A stretch of 64,000 nt of DNA from Felis catus (GCF_018350175.1 NC_058372.1:151404001-151468000); one strand, 5' to 3'; positions 49,720 to 60,560 are shown, counted from the first letter of the stretch. The notes: generated from the sequence alone by a model not told the origin. Program-made: numbers and translations.

Positions 49720-50290
49720 AGACTGCCCTCCTTCCTCCCATGTGACCTTCCAGACCACCGCATCCTGACTCCCGCCTGGACCACCACAGTCACCTTTACT
49801 CAGCCTTGACACAATCCCATCTGCCCTCCTGTGTCAGGACCCCTCGCCTGGGCCGTCTCAGCCTGGAACAGAACCTGTGAGGCAGCGTGCAGCCCCTTGT
49901 GACCTCTCTGCCCTCCTGGACTCCCGTGGTCCTGGCACCTATGGGCCTGGGTGCTCACTGCACCCAGCTGAGCTCAGCTCTGCGTCCAGCCAGGGCCTCT
50001 CACCACCCAGGAGCCCCTGGCTCCCCAGGGCGACTCAGCTCAAGTGTACCTCTTCCAGGAAGCCTGTCTCAGCTCCCAGACATGGGTCCTCAGTGTCCCC
50101 ACAACATCTGGCCCACGCCCCATCGCAATACTTATTGTGTCATTGTTATTATTATTTACTTGTCGGTTTTCACCTCCAGAACGTGAGCCCATCAAACTCA
50201 GGGTCTGCAGTTCATTTATGTTTGGCCAAGGAGCTAGCCCTATTCAGCAAGTCATAGACGCTTGAGCAGCATTTGCTGAATGGAAGGAGT
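49720..50290 (+). mobile_element. LINE-2 3' region relic (in the predicted J-K intron)
   Basis: cagctcaagtgtacctcttccaggaagcct ... ccagaacgtgagccc ... gcatttgctgaatgg. Confidence 0.7.
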
Positions 50291-50335
50291 GGCTGCCCTG
50301 GCTAATCCCGCTGGAGGGCTATCCTCGAGACTCAC

Positions 50336-50419
50336 TTAATGGCTGTCCTCATCCCGGTTTTAAAGAAAATGGTTTGTAATCCCAAAGGCCTCTGTGTGTT
50401 CTTATATTTTCCTCAACAC
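50336..50419 (-). pseudogene. Exon J candidate (84 nt, phase 1->1): VEENIRTHRGLWDYKPFSLKPG*GQPL
   Basis: Acceptor ctattaatctcag, consensus donor gtgagt; TGA at 50349-50351. Confidence 0.45.
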
Positions 50420-50770
50420 CTGAGATTAATAGCAGGCTGGGAGGGCACTGGGGTGCTGGCTGTCACCAGACTGTGATGGCGACCCCACCCACTCCCGGTA
50501 GAGACACGGGCGCCCGCCCTGTCCACCCACACGAGTGTGCCGGCCAGCGGGGCCCTGCTCCGCCACGGCCACGCTCAGGCACGAGGCAGGGAGCGCACGG
50601 AAGGCGGAGGCAGGGCTGAGGTGCGGTCCTAGCCAGGAGCACCGCGGCGGTGGCCCCGCTACTCTGCCCTGAAGAATGAGCCCCAGCGCCCCTACGGTTC
50701 CTCAGGAACTAGGAGAAACCTGACTTGGGGGTGGGGAGAGGCATGGTGCAGGCCACAGACGAGAAAAGAC

Positions 50771-50840
50771 CTTGGGTTTTTAAAACCTGGCATCGAAATC
50801 TGCGGCGGTTAGGGTGCGATGCAAAACCCGGGACCGGAAC
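50771..50840 (-). pseudogene. Exon I candidate (phase 0->1): VPVPGFASHPNRRRFRCQVLKTQ
   Basis: Acceptor gtgcctctgcag; donor weak (exon end 50771, or alternatively 50720; both phase 1). Confidence 0.3.
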
Positions 50841-51407
50841 CTGCAGAGGCACCGAGGCCTCGAGTCAACTACCAGGACACTGAGGCACCGTGGCCCTTTG
50901 GGGCCTCTTCTGGTCACCCCAGAACTCAGTCCAGGCCACAGCTGTGGGGACGGAGAGGAGATGGGTGGGGCAGAAAGGCAGCCTGGAGGCCGGGCACCGT
51001 GGCCCCTCCCTCCCGGGGTCCGGCGTGGGGGCTCCACGCTGGCCACACTGGTGGGCGTCAGAGCCCCAGGCTTGGGCAGGGCCGGGCGGGCAGCAAGGGG
51101 TCAGCCCTGGGAGCTCTCGGGAGGGGTCACCATGACAGGAGAGGGTTCGGGGACACAAGTGGCCAGGCTGTGGCCCTGTGGGAATCCCCCACTGTGTTCC
51201 TAGGGATTGTGTGGAGCCGTCTGTCTGATGTCTGGGCCCCGCGGGCCGTCCCGGCGTCCAGGGCCGTGTTAGTTACTTCTGTTCCTCCAGAGACAGAGCA
51301 CAGGGCCCCGAAGCAGGAGACGCCGGGTGGAGGGGGGCAGTCCCCACCGCCTCGCCAGGACTGCCTGCGGTTAGACTCTGCCGCGCTAGGAAGACCGCCA
51401 GACAAAC

Positions 51408-51662
51408 CTCTGGAAGGAAGAAACCAAAACGTTCCTTCAACCTCAGAAGTGGCTTTTGCTCGTTTTGTGTTTCCTGGCCAGGGTTCAGAGGTGAAAGGTC
51501 AGGGTCTTTCATCCGCCTCTGCTTCTCATGATGCCCTTGAGAAAGAACTTTGGGACTATTTTAGAACTTGATAAAACCTCTTGGGTTTTGAGTTCTGGAC
51601 TGATCAGGGATATTTTGGAGTTTGATCTGGTTTATTCTCAAGAGAAAACAAACTTCAGTTTC
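51408..51662 (-). pseudogene. Exon H (255 nt, phase 0->0): ETEVCFLLRINQIKLQNIPDQSRTQNPRGFIKF*NSPKVLSQ...KPLLRLKERFGFFLPE
   Basis: Acceptor tttatttcaaaacag, donor GAG|gtttgt; a single TAA (51561-51563) in 85 codons. Confidence 0.5.
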
Positions 51663-51954
51663 CTGTTTTGAAATAAATTCTTTCATACACTTGACAAGGA
51701 CACTCAGAAAACACACTGAGCGCCATGGAGATGTCTTGAGGAAGTGTGCAGACCGGCCATCCACGGAGCGCCCTGCTCTGTCCCCGCATTCTGGTCCGAG
51801 CAGATGGGGAAGGGCAGCAGAAGTGCCGTCCGAACTGCGGTCCGCGCACCTCCGCAAAGGGCCCCTTGCGGCTCAGGATGGCTTGTCAGGCCGGCCGGCC
51901 GCTCCCCCCTCGTGGAGCAGCTGTGGCTGCTGTGGGCCCTTCGTTCCACTCCGT

Positions 51955-52050
51955 CTTCAAACAGCCTATCAGGTCCGGGGGGTCAAGCCCATTTTAGAGA
52001 TGAGGAAACTGTGTCCCAGAGGCTGGGCGAAGGCAGTGCCGGAGGACCGG
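51955..52050 (-). mobile_element. MIR relic
   Basis: cccattttagagatgaggaaactgtgtcccagagg. Confidence 0.65.
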
Positions 52051-52564
52051 TGCGCCCCATGTGAAACACGACGGTCTCTGCCTTCTGTCCCGGAGCGGCA
52101 TGGCCTTGTCCCCAAGGAGGCAGGTGCAGTGGGAGCAGCGCTGACCGCCATCCGCACCCTCCTTCGTGCACCTGGGGCCTGGGGGGGCGTCCCGGGAGCG
52201 AGCCGAGCGCACCCGAGTCCACCTGTGGCTGGAGCCCAGCACGGTCAGTTGTTCAGACGCCCACTCGGCGTGAGTTACTGGAAATGGCCACAGGGGAAGG
52301 ACTGAGATGGGTCTTAGAAACGGAGCGTCGTCTGCTGCGTTTAGATACGAAGTAAACGTGGGTTCCCTGAGCTTTTGCTTCCGTTGCATCAACACACAGG
52401 AGCACGCCGTCTCCACCCTGGCCGGTGCTCAAGCACAGCAGAGACCGTCCCTGCCACCCCATCGCTCCCACCCCACCCAGAGCGCGAAGCAAAGACCAAG
52501 CTCGTTTGTCGCACAAAAATCTGTGAACGCGGCACCGTGCAAGTGTGCATACGTGGGCCTTTAC

Positions 52565-52643
52565 CCGGAAGCTGGCGTTCGACTCCCAGTATTTTGTTAG
52601 CTCTGCTCGTGGGATGGCCAAAGGTGTGGGTGTGATGAGAATT
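52565..52643 (-). pseudogene. Exon G candidate (79 nt, phase 2->0): ILITPTPLAIPRAELTKYWESNASFR
   Basis: Acceptor cccgttcacag, donor CGG|gtaaag, open frame. Confidence 0.45.
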
Positions 52644-52800
52644 CTGTGAACGGGCACTCCCGCGTGAACAAGGGCAGACTGTACTTAAGTTCTCAATTTT
52701 CCTGTTTCACTTTTATTCTCATTTTACTACTCGAAGCATCGTTTCTTGTCTGCTTAATACAGTAAATAAATTGGGGACTTGTACTTTTCATGTCTTTGTA

Positions 52801-52974
52801 TTTTCTTTTATTTATTTATTTTTTTTCAATATATGAAATTTATTGTCAAATTGGTTTCCATACAACACCCAGTGCTCATCCCAAAAGGTGCCCTCCTCCA
52901 TACCCATCGCCCACCCTCCCCTCCCTCCCACCCCCATCAACCCTCAGTTTGTTCTCGGTTTTTAAGAGTCTCTT
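52801..52974 (-). mobile_element. Felid-type LINE-1 (L1_Fc-like) 5'-truncated 3' end
   Basis: aatatatgaaatttattgtcaaattggtttccatacaacacccagtgctcatcccaaaaggtgccctcctc...aaccctcagtttgttctc matches the cat L1 3' UTR in antisense, with a T-rich tail. Confidence 0.9.
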
Positions 52975-54119
52975 GTTTCTGCGTGGCTTGCGTCATATTT
53001 TACATGAACATCAATGGGCAGGAGTTGAAATGTTCGATGTCTTTCCTCACGAGAGGCAGAGAGGTGGCCGAGGTGGCTCCGGCAGTGGGGACCTGGGCCC
53101 GGCCCCAGGACACAGGACGGGGTTGTGTGTCTGAGTCGAGGCCCATGACACGCGGCCGCAGCTCTGGGACCTGACGCCTGGGAAGCGACACCAGGTGCCA
53201 CTGTGTCTCCACAGAAGGCCGAGCCCTCCCCCACCTCCCTCTGCGAGCCGAGCCACGGTGGGGCCCCTGCCTTCCCTCATCTGTGGTGGGTCCAGAGGCC
53301 TCACTGGATGGCGTCGTGCCCCAGATGGAAGGTCAAGGACCTAGTGCCCGGTCGTTTCTGCCGCCTCTTCAGGTGTTGCCTGGCTGGGAGACAGCCTCAT
53401 TCCAGGACGGGAAATGTCTACCGCCCCAGGCCTGAGCTCCAGAAATAGCCTTGGACAGTCGGAGGCAGGGGCGAGAGGGGCAGAGCTGGGCTTCTCCTGC
53501 TCAGGCTGCCTTCCACTGCCCCGCGGGGATGTGCCGAGAGACACGCCAGGCGCTCCAGAGAGAGAAGGAGACAGAGGGAGGGAGGGAGGGGGGCGGCAGG
53601 GGAGGGGGAGGAGGAGGGAGGGGGCCACTCAGAGGACAAATTCCATCAACCTAATCTGGGGTGGCCCCGCCTGTGTGGACACGCCCTCAGAGCAAACAAG
53701 GGTCCTGTTGTGAACACGGGCGACCCAGTGCCCTGCAGCCTGAGCCCGGCCTGGTGGCCTCCGGGCGGAGGACACGCATCGCGCTGCCCGATCCTTAGAA
53801 GTCCAAGGAGGGCCTGCTGGCCGTGGGCAGCGCTGCCTCGAGTCGCGGCTTTCATGAAGTTGCCTGTGAGAGAATGGTGGGGCGGCCTCGCTGCACAGAT
53901 GGCTCTTTGTCCCCGCTGACACCTGCCATCTGCTTGTTTGTCTAAATGATGCTGGAGGGGCAGGGGGCTCCCAATCTGCTGCCCGGGCCCCTCCCGCCTG
54001 CAGCGACCTCCTGACCCCTGGGCCAGACAGGTCCACAGAGTTTGTTCGCTCAGCACGGAGGATGCTCTGTTCCCCGAGGCCCAGCCTCTCCTCAGCACTG
54101 GGGCTCAGTGCCCGGACAG

Positions 54120-54640
54120 CGCAGCAGGAGGAGGAGGAGGAGGGGGGAGAGACGAGGGGAGAGGGGAGGGGGAGGGTGGAAGTGGAGGGGGAGGGAGGGA
54201 GAGAGGGAGGAGGGGGAGGGAGGGAGAGGATGGGGAATAAGGGAGGGAGAGGAGGAGGAGCAGCACAGCAGCAGGAGCAGCAGGAGGAGGAGGAGAAGCA
54301 GGAGGAGAAGCAGCAGGAGGAGGAGCAACAGGAGGAGGAGGAGAAGCAGCCTCATGAGGAGCAGCTGTAGGAGCAGTAGGAGGAGGAGAAGCAGCAGCAG
54401 GAGGAGAAGCACCAAGAGGAGGAGGAGGAGCAGCAGGAGGAGGAGAAGCAGCAGCAGGAGGAGAAGCAGGAAGAGAAGCAGCAGCAGGAGGAGCAGCACC
54501 AGGAGGAGGAGCAGCAGAGGAGAAGCAGCAGGAGGAGGGGCAGCAGGAGGAGGAGAAGCAGGAGGAGAAACAGCATCAGGAGGAGAAGCATCAGGAAGAA
54601 GAGCAGCAGGAGGAGCAGCAGCCGCAAGAGGAGCAGCTGC
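54120..54640. repeat. Compound (GGA)n/(CAG)n triplet array with GA-rich lead
   Basis: gaggagaagcagcagcaggaggag units; yields poly-E/Q, R/S and antisense poly-L ORFs. Confidence 0.95.
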
Positions 54641-54652
54641 ATGTAGCCTCAC

Positions 54653-54713
54653 GGGCCCTCCCACTTCGAGGACTAGGCTGGACGCTCTCGCTTCCCGGGT
54701 GCAGCCCTCACGC
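54653..54713 (-). pseudogene. Exon F candidate (61 nt, phase 2->0): REGCTREARASSLVLEVGGP
   Basis: Strong acceptor cattctcttccttaacag, donor gtgagg. Needs an extra 0->2 exon (possibly 53923-53951), or skipping, to join exon G. Confidence 0.3.
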
Positions 54714-55609
54714 CTGTTAAGGAAGAGAATGTCACACGAGGAGGAGTGTGTGGGGACAGAACTTACCGAGAAAAAGCTGGAGCCCCCTCCAGGTCAGAGG
54801 GCCGCGGCCACGGGGACTGGGGCTGGCGCCATCCCTGTTTCTTAACAGGTTTGTGAGGTGAGGAAAGTTCCAGTCTCTACCCAGCATGGGGAGCATTCCA
54901 GAAACCCAAGCCAGTAGTGCTGGCTAGGAGCACTCCGTGTGCGTTGTCCCAACTGACCCACGGGGGCCACGTCACCAGTGAGGCGGCCACGGCTCTGCAG
55001 AGGGTGCACTTTTTAGGACCCCACCCCCGTCCCCAGGCTAGGGGATGCAAAAGCTCACGGCCCCACGTCAGCTGTGGGACCACTAACTGTCCAGAAGTAG
55101 CGTGAGTCCCTTAAATCAGGCAGCATCTTTGTGCTACAGGCCCATACTATCCCCTGCTCCCGAGAGGTGGCCCAGAACTGCCCCGGTCCCAGGGCCGGGA
55201 GCTGAGACCTTGAAAAGCTTACATCTGCAGCCCCGCCCACAGGTGGCCACGGTAAGCCACGGCGCCCGCTCTGCCCTTCCCCAACGAGCACAAGCTTGAC
55301 ACGCACAGTTTCTCAGACCACAGAGGAGTAAAATAACTCCCCTGAGGTTGGGAAGAAGGGTGCAGCCTGGCTGGCCCACCTCACACGCTGTCCCTGTGAC
55401 AGGCACAGAGCCCTGGTCATCCCTTTCCCTGAGGAGAAGCCCACAGCGGAGCAGGCAGGCGCGCACAGCTAACGGCCGATGCCCACACTAATGCTGACAC
55501 TGACACTGACAAACCTTCTGGGGGAAATGAGCTAACTGAGCTCAGACAGGGCTCAGAGCTAACTGAGCTCAGACAGAGTGGATAAGGCTGCACAGAGGAT
55601 GCACTGACC

Positions 55610-55720
55610 TTGCTCACATCCCTATGAAGTAGGCATTATTTTCTCTCTCGTTTGTCTTAGGAAGAGGCAGAGAGGTGAGTAGCTCACCCAGGGAGGCTCG
55701 GGGCTGCCAGAGCCAGACGC
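55610..55720 (-). mobile_element. MIR relic
   Basis: ctcacatccctatgaagtaggcattatt...gaggcagagaggtgagtagctcacccagg. Confidence 0.55.
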
Positions 55721-55795
55721 GGTCACCCACGTGGCCAGGGGAGCTGGGCCTCGTCGCCCCACATGCAACTCGCGCCTGACTTTCGACGTCTTTAC

Positions 55796-56021
55796 CTAAT
55801 CATAGGTCCGTTTGCTTTTCCTTTAATTACATCTTACTGTCGGTGTTTATGGAGGTGTCCCTGAGGTGTGCCTTCGGCGTGCGTCACAGGCCGCAGAAGC
55901 TCGGGTCATTTGCAGAAGCCCCATGGCAGCTTCGTTCCCAGGTGGAACCCGTGCGCAGGTGGGCAGTGGACACCTGTCCCGCACCAGGACAGGGACGCGT
56001 TGGAAAGTGTGGGGAGCTCGC
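55796..56021 (-). pseudogene. Exon E candidate (226 nt, phase 1->2): ELPTLSNASL...FCK*PELL...HRQ*DVIKGKANGPMI
   Basis: Acceptor ccctttacag, donor AG|gtaaag; stops at 55906 and 55834 (an alternative phase-2 donor gtaaga coincides with the latter). Confidence 0.35.
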
Positions 56022-56131
56022 CTGTAAAGGGCTCAGACATGAGCCCTGTTGCCATCCAACCAGCAGGGCTCGTTCTGTGGATTTGTTGGAAACGGGTTGG
56101 GTGGGACATTCGATGGCACACGTTTACTCAC

Positions 56132-56276
56132 GGGTCTTCCTACTCTGAGTGCCTAGGACGCGTCGGTCGTCTGGGACCCAGAGCGTTAATGAGGAGGTCG
56201 GGCTGGTGTGCTGGCCGCCTACGGCTGCCTGTCTAAGAGCTGGCTCAAGGGAGAGATCCCTTCCCGGAGAATCAGG
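56132..56276 (-). pseudogene. Exon D candidate (145 nt, phase 0->1): PDSPGRDLSLEPALRQ...GTQSRKT
   Basis: Acceptor ttcttgtcctatttaag, consensus donor gtgagt, open frame. Confidence 0.4.
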
Positions 56277-56844
56277 CTTAAATAGGACAAGAATTGGATG
56301 GCTCGGTGTGAGGCCACGTGTGAGCCTTCTCGGGGTCGACTCCGGAGGAAAGAGCGCATCTTTGTGGGCGGCAGTGGGGCTGGTAGAAGGCGCAGACGAG
56401 CCCCTTGGACTGATCACAGCGGGAAAGGTGCCGTTGAGGCCGGCGCTCCCGTGAGACCCCAGGCTCGGAACAGCGCACTGGCCGGGGCCCTCGCACCTCT
56501 GGACCCCCAGCGGCCGGAAGAGGAGCAGACATCGCGTCTCACGTCCTCAGCGCCGACCGCTGTGGCTCCACACAAAAGTGACAAGCCACTTTTTCCCGAA
56601 TTCATCAGCGGATGGAAAACGCTCATCACAAGGAAGCTCTTGCTTACTCAGCATCTTGGCTGCCGCTTCCCGGGAGCCACGCGTAGCCCCACGCCTCCCA
56701 CGCTTCGGCACTGTCGGTCCTCACGGCCCTGCCAGGTGGCCTGCCACCTCTCCATTTCTCGGGCAGGGGGTGTGGGAACATGAACAGGATGAGCCGGAGG
56801 CCTCTGGGTAGAAACGAGAGTGTTTGGACCCGAGGTAAACGTAC

Positions 56845-57270
56845 CTTGAGGACTCACGTGTGTCCCTGCGGAGGAAAAGGGACACAAATCGTCTCAGGAG
56901 CAGTACGCTGACTTTGCGGTGTGTAATCCAAAAATCCTGTGTGTTCGAGAAAGCCCTCAGACTTCAAAGCTGAGGTGTGTTATGTAGTACTCTCAGTTAA
57001 TTACACGCCTTGAAATAACTCTGTGCAAGAGTTCAGAACGTCCAATATTCCCAGGAGCTCCGGGAACAGCAGTACCGGAAATCTGTGGGACCCATCCGCT
57101 CGGGGTGTGGGTTAACGCTCCTTCCCCTCACTGGGGCCAAGACTGGAGCGTCGTGAGCGCTCTGCCGGGGCCCCACCGTCGCCCAAGGTAACGCCTTGGC
57201 CCTCACCGAGGCCAGCCGCGGCCTCGCAGCTGACCCTCCCCAGGGCCCTGCTTTCCTCATCGACGAACAT
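56845..57270 (-). pseudogene. Exon C candidate (426 nt, phase 0->0): MFVDEESRALG...PFPPQGHT*VLK
   Basis: Acceptor cgctttcctgtcag, donor AAG|gtacgt, length divisible by 3. Four in-frame stops (57112, 57001, 56980, 56854), so the coding signal is weak. Confidence 0.3.
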
Positions 57271-57579
57271 CTGACAGGAAAGCGTGTTTGTGTGGGCCGT
57301 TCCAGGAGCACAGGCCAAATCATAGGCTGCCGTGTCAGCCAGAGCTGGGAACACAGAGGCTATTTTGGGGAAGGCAGCCACGTGCCCGCCTTCTGCTTGC
57401 AAAGACGCGTGTACCACACACAGCCACAGAGGCACGCGAGGTCGTGGCGCCCACCTGGAGGGAAGGCAGAGAGCCGGCGGAAACGGCCGGAAGCTCGGGC
57501 CCTTCCTGGCTCCCACAGCCCGGGTCTGCACCCCGCCTGGCACGCACCCCAAGCCCGCCAGCCGGTCCTGCCCTTCCCC

Positions 57580-57808
57580 AGCCGTCGGGACCTCCCCGGG
57601 CCGGGCCTCCCTCAGTCCTCAGACTCCACACTTCCACGATCTGCTCCCACCATTTTTTCCGCAGTTCCCGCTTAACACAATATTTATTGTCTTTGTTCTG
57701 TTTCTGCTCTGTCTCCCAACCGCAGCGTGATTTTCTCAAGAGCCAGGATCCTATTTCGTGCACATATGCCTGGCACAGCTCGGACATCAATGAATATGCG
57801 TTGAACAA
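57580..57808 (+). mobile_element. LINE-2 3' end relic (in the predicted B-C intron)
   Basis: ctgtctcccaacc...tgcctggcacagctcggacatcaatgaatatgcgttgaa. Confidence 0.65.
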
Positions 57809-57865
57809 AAGACCCGTGATGACTCAAGAGCCCGTCCTTGTCTTTTTATGAAACCACGTCTTTAC

Positions 57866-58030
57866 CCAAGAATAAAAGACATTTGGATTAAAATGCTCCT
57901 TGAGTTTTTCCATGCTTGGGCTCTCGCAAGATCATTGTGCTACATTTTGGATGACCCACTTTTCCTTCTCAGGCCTAAGACACCAAGAGCCTATTGTAGA
58001 GACAGGGCTATGAATTAATCTTTCCATTTG
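57866..58030 (-). pseudogene. Exon B (165 nt, phase 0->0): QMERLIHSPVSTIGSWCLRPEKEKWVIQNVAQ*SCESPSMEKLKEHFNPNVFYSW
   Basis: Acceptor ttgtattctattttcag, donor TGG|gtaaag; one in-frame TGA at 57932-57934. Confidence 0.6.
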
Positions 58031-59474
58031 CTGAAAATAGAATACAACCGAAGTGAAATGTCTAAGAAGTCGCTGGTGACCAGGACAATGTCGTTAATCT
58101 CGTTTGCATTTGCAGTGAAGTGTTTCCAACTGGCTTTATACCAATTACTTATGTTTACGGCAGATCATAGAGGGTGTGTTTCACACAGAAAACCACACAG
58201 AATACGGTGTCTGCCCAGCCCAAGGACGGTGGTGGCGGGGAGTGACTTGTTCTCGTGGGAAGCGAGAGACCAGCCGACCAGAAGGAGCTGGGCCGTGTGG
58301 CCCGATGGCGGCAGGAAGCACGGCGCGTCAGCTGGAGCGCGGGGCCTCCTCTCCGCCACGTAGCCTGGCTCCACACCCGTCCGTCCAGAGCCTTAGCTTC
58401 AGGACACAGGGCCTTCACGGGCCCCGCCGTCACCCGCTGCACTGAGGCAGCCGCATGGGGCATCCCGTCAGGTTTGGAGCTCTGCCAGGAGCCGCTAGGA
58501 AGACCAGAGGCACAGGGTGTGTTTCCTTACCCTCAGGAAGCTTACGATCTAGGCTGAAGACACCTGCACTGGGCCCGAGGAGGGGTGTGGGTCCAGCCTG
58601 AGCCTGGCAGGTAGGGAGAAGAAAGGGTCGAGCGCAGCCACGGGAGGCCTGACAGAGCAGCGGGCCGCACCCACGGCTGCAAGGGTGAGGTGTGGGGGCT
58701 CATGGCATCACCACAAAGGCAAGGTCGTGGGGCTCTGGAGAAACAGAGGAACGCTAAGGAGGACGTGGGTGCCACGCAGGAAGGGCTCTAGGCCAGGAGG
58801 CGCGGGGCGCTGAGGCCTCGGCCGGGCCTGGACATGGGGCCGCGAGGGCAGGCTCCGCAAGAGCTCAGCCGGCAACACCCCTGGGACGTGTGGGCGGTGG
58901 GGCCATGGCCAAGGGACCTGCGGGGACAGCGGCACGGACGGGGAGTCTGGGCCCCAGTGCGGCGTCCCCCACGCCCGGAGGCAGGACAGCAGCCTGTCAG
59001 GGAGGCCACGTCAACACTGACCGGGCCCCAGGAGCCACGCGGGGCAGACCTGCTTCTCCCCGCAGCCTGGCAGACCCCAGCCTCCCCCTGCAGGCCCCGT
59101 GCTGCCCTCCGCGGCCCCTGCCCGGGCTCACCGACGGCCGGCCGTTTCTCCGTCCCTGCCGTGAGGCGCACACGCGTCCCACACGGAACTCGGCCGTAGG
59201 GTGGCCGGTCCCTGGCTCTGGGGTCACGGCAGCCGCGGCTGTGAGTGCTGTGACCGTCCCCGTGGGCTGCTGCATCGGGCAGGGACGTGTCACGGGCGCC
59301 TCTCGGTGCCTTCTCAGTGTGTGTGTCACAGGCCCCCCTTCTGTGCCCTTCGGAACACGACTCAGGAAGACGGTCGGTTAGCGGGCCGGACGAACGTGTG
59401 TGGCTGTCCCCAAACCCACTGGCTGCCCAGGCCTCGGAAATTGGTGCCGGGGATATCAAGATCTCTGCACTTAC

Positions 59475-59568
59475 AACCAAACTCATAATATCAGTTAAGT
59501 TGCTTAAAGCAATACTAGGAATTACTGTTAATTCTTCACCCAATATAAGAAAGCTTTTGATGAGAAGC
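59475..59568 (-). pseudogene. Exon A (94 nt, phase 2->0): LLIKSFLILGEELTVIPSIALSNLTDIMSLV
   Basis: Acceptor ccattttcttatctag, consensus donor gtaagt, no stop despite AT-richness. Confidence 0.65.
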
Positions 59569-60079
59569 CTAGATAAGAAAATGGATTGTATATAATCTTT
59601 TAAATGTTAAAAACACTATTTTAACATATATTAAATGTATAATGTGTATTTTTTAAAGACTTGGAACTATACATCCGTGATGTATGCAAACATCTGGGTG
59701 AAATTATTCTTTTCGATTAATTTCTGAGTCAGTGTAGAGGCCCTTAAAGCCCCACAGACAAGCACACGTTGTCACCCAGAGTGCAGCTGAAACACCGCTT
59801 CCCCCGTTTGCTCCGATGGTGTTTGTCCCCCGCGCCTGGGCTTCTGCCCACGGTCCTGCGGGGCACACGGTGAGACGAACAGATGGGTCGTAGAATATGT
59901 GCAATTTAAATTCAGGCAGGGGTGCTAAATAAACGCCTGTTCCGTCCTACGTGCCACCTTCTGAAAGAATTTGTGAGACGCAGCCCCACTGTGGCTGGAG
60001 ACCGCATGCGTCCTGTCCTCCCGGCCCAGAGGGAAATGTGAGTTTTCCACGGCGGTCTCCTGACCTCCTGGGAGGGGGG

Positions 60080-60560
60080 GCTGTTTTCAAACAGTCACGA
60101 GTCCTTTGCATTTCTGCTTTATAAACTGCTTGTAATTATTTGGCCATTTCCTGTTGGTCACGCATGTTTTGTCTCTAAGGTGTAGGAAGTATCTCTCTCC
60201 TGCTTTTGGCAGAGGCGTGTTCCAGCTCCTGTCCACGCCGCCTCGTTCTGCCGCGGTCGCTCTGGTGCCACCGAAGCCGCGGGATCCCCTGCGTGCCCTC
60301 TATGCTCCCTGGCTTCTCTGTCCCACCTGAGAATGGCTCCCTACCCCGCGATTATGAAAATATTCTCCCGTTTCTGCTGCTTTGGAACTCTGGTTTCTCT
60401 GCTAAGGTCTTTCACTCTGTGGAATTAATTTTGTAAATGGTACATACGGTCAGGGACTTGGGGCTTCCGAGAGCCTCTAACCATCTAAAATTCCTCTGGA
60501 GTGGCCCTGAGGAGGCCTGCACGTCCCTTCAGAAAGCCCGTCACAGAATGTCCCTGTGCC
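60080..60560 (-). mobile_element. Highly degraded LINE-1 fragment, antisense
   Basis: tttggccattt...tgtaggaagt...gaaaatattctccc...taaggtctttcactctgtggaattaattttgta. Confidence 0.5.

Larger units (their letters stand above)
48002..59568 (-). pseudogene. Putative multi-exon unitary pseudogene, unidentified protein
   Basis: About 10 AG/GT-bounded segments whose phases chain (2-0, 0-0, 0-0, 0-1, 1-2, 2-0, 0-0, 0-1, 1-1, 1-). Translations are protein-like but contain scattered TGA/TAA/TAG. L2, MIR and L1 fragments lie only between the segments. Hand-built model; the ends are uncertain. Confidence 0.5.

Noticed and set aside
54042-54845. Protamine-like R/S ORF, poly-E/Q ORF and antisense poly-L ORF
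   Set aside because: All are translations of one triplet-repeat array; being open in several frames is expected.
55529-55578. gagctaactgagctcagacag direct repeat (x2)
   Set aside because: A simple local duplication; too short to indicate a switch-like or functional array.
57932-57934. In-frame TGA as selenocysteine
   Set aside because: Other exons of the same model carry TAA/TAG stops, there is no redox motif and no SECIS was recognised.
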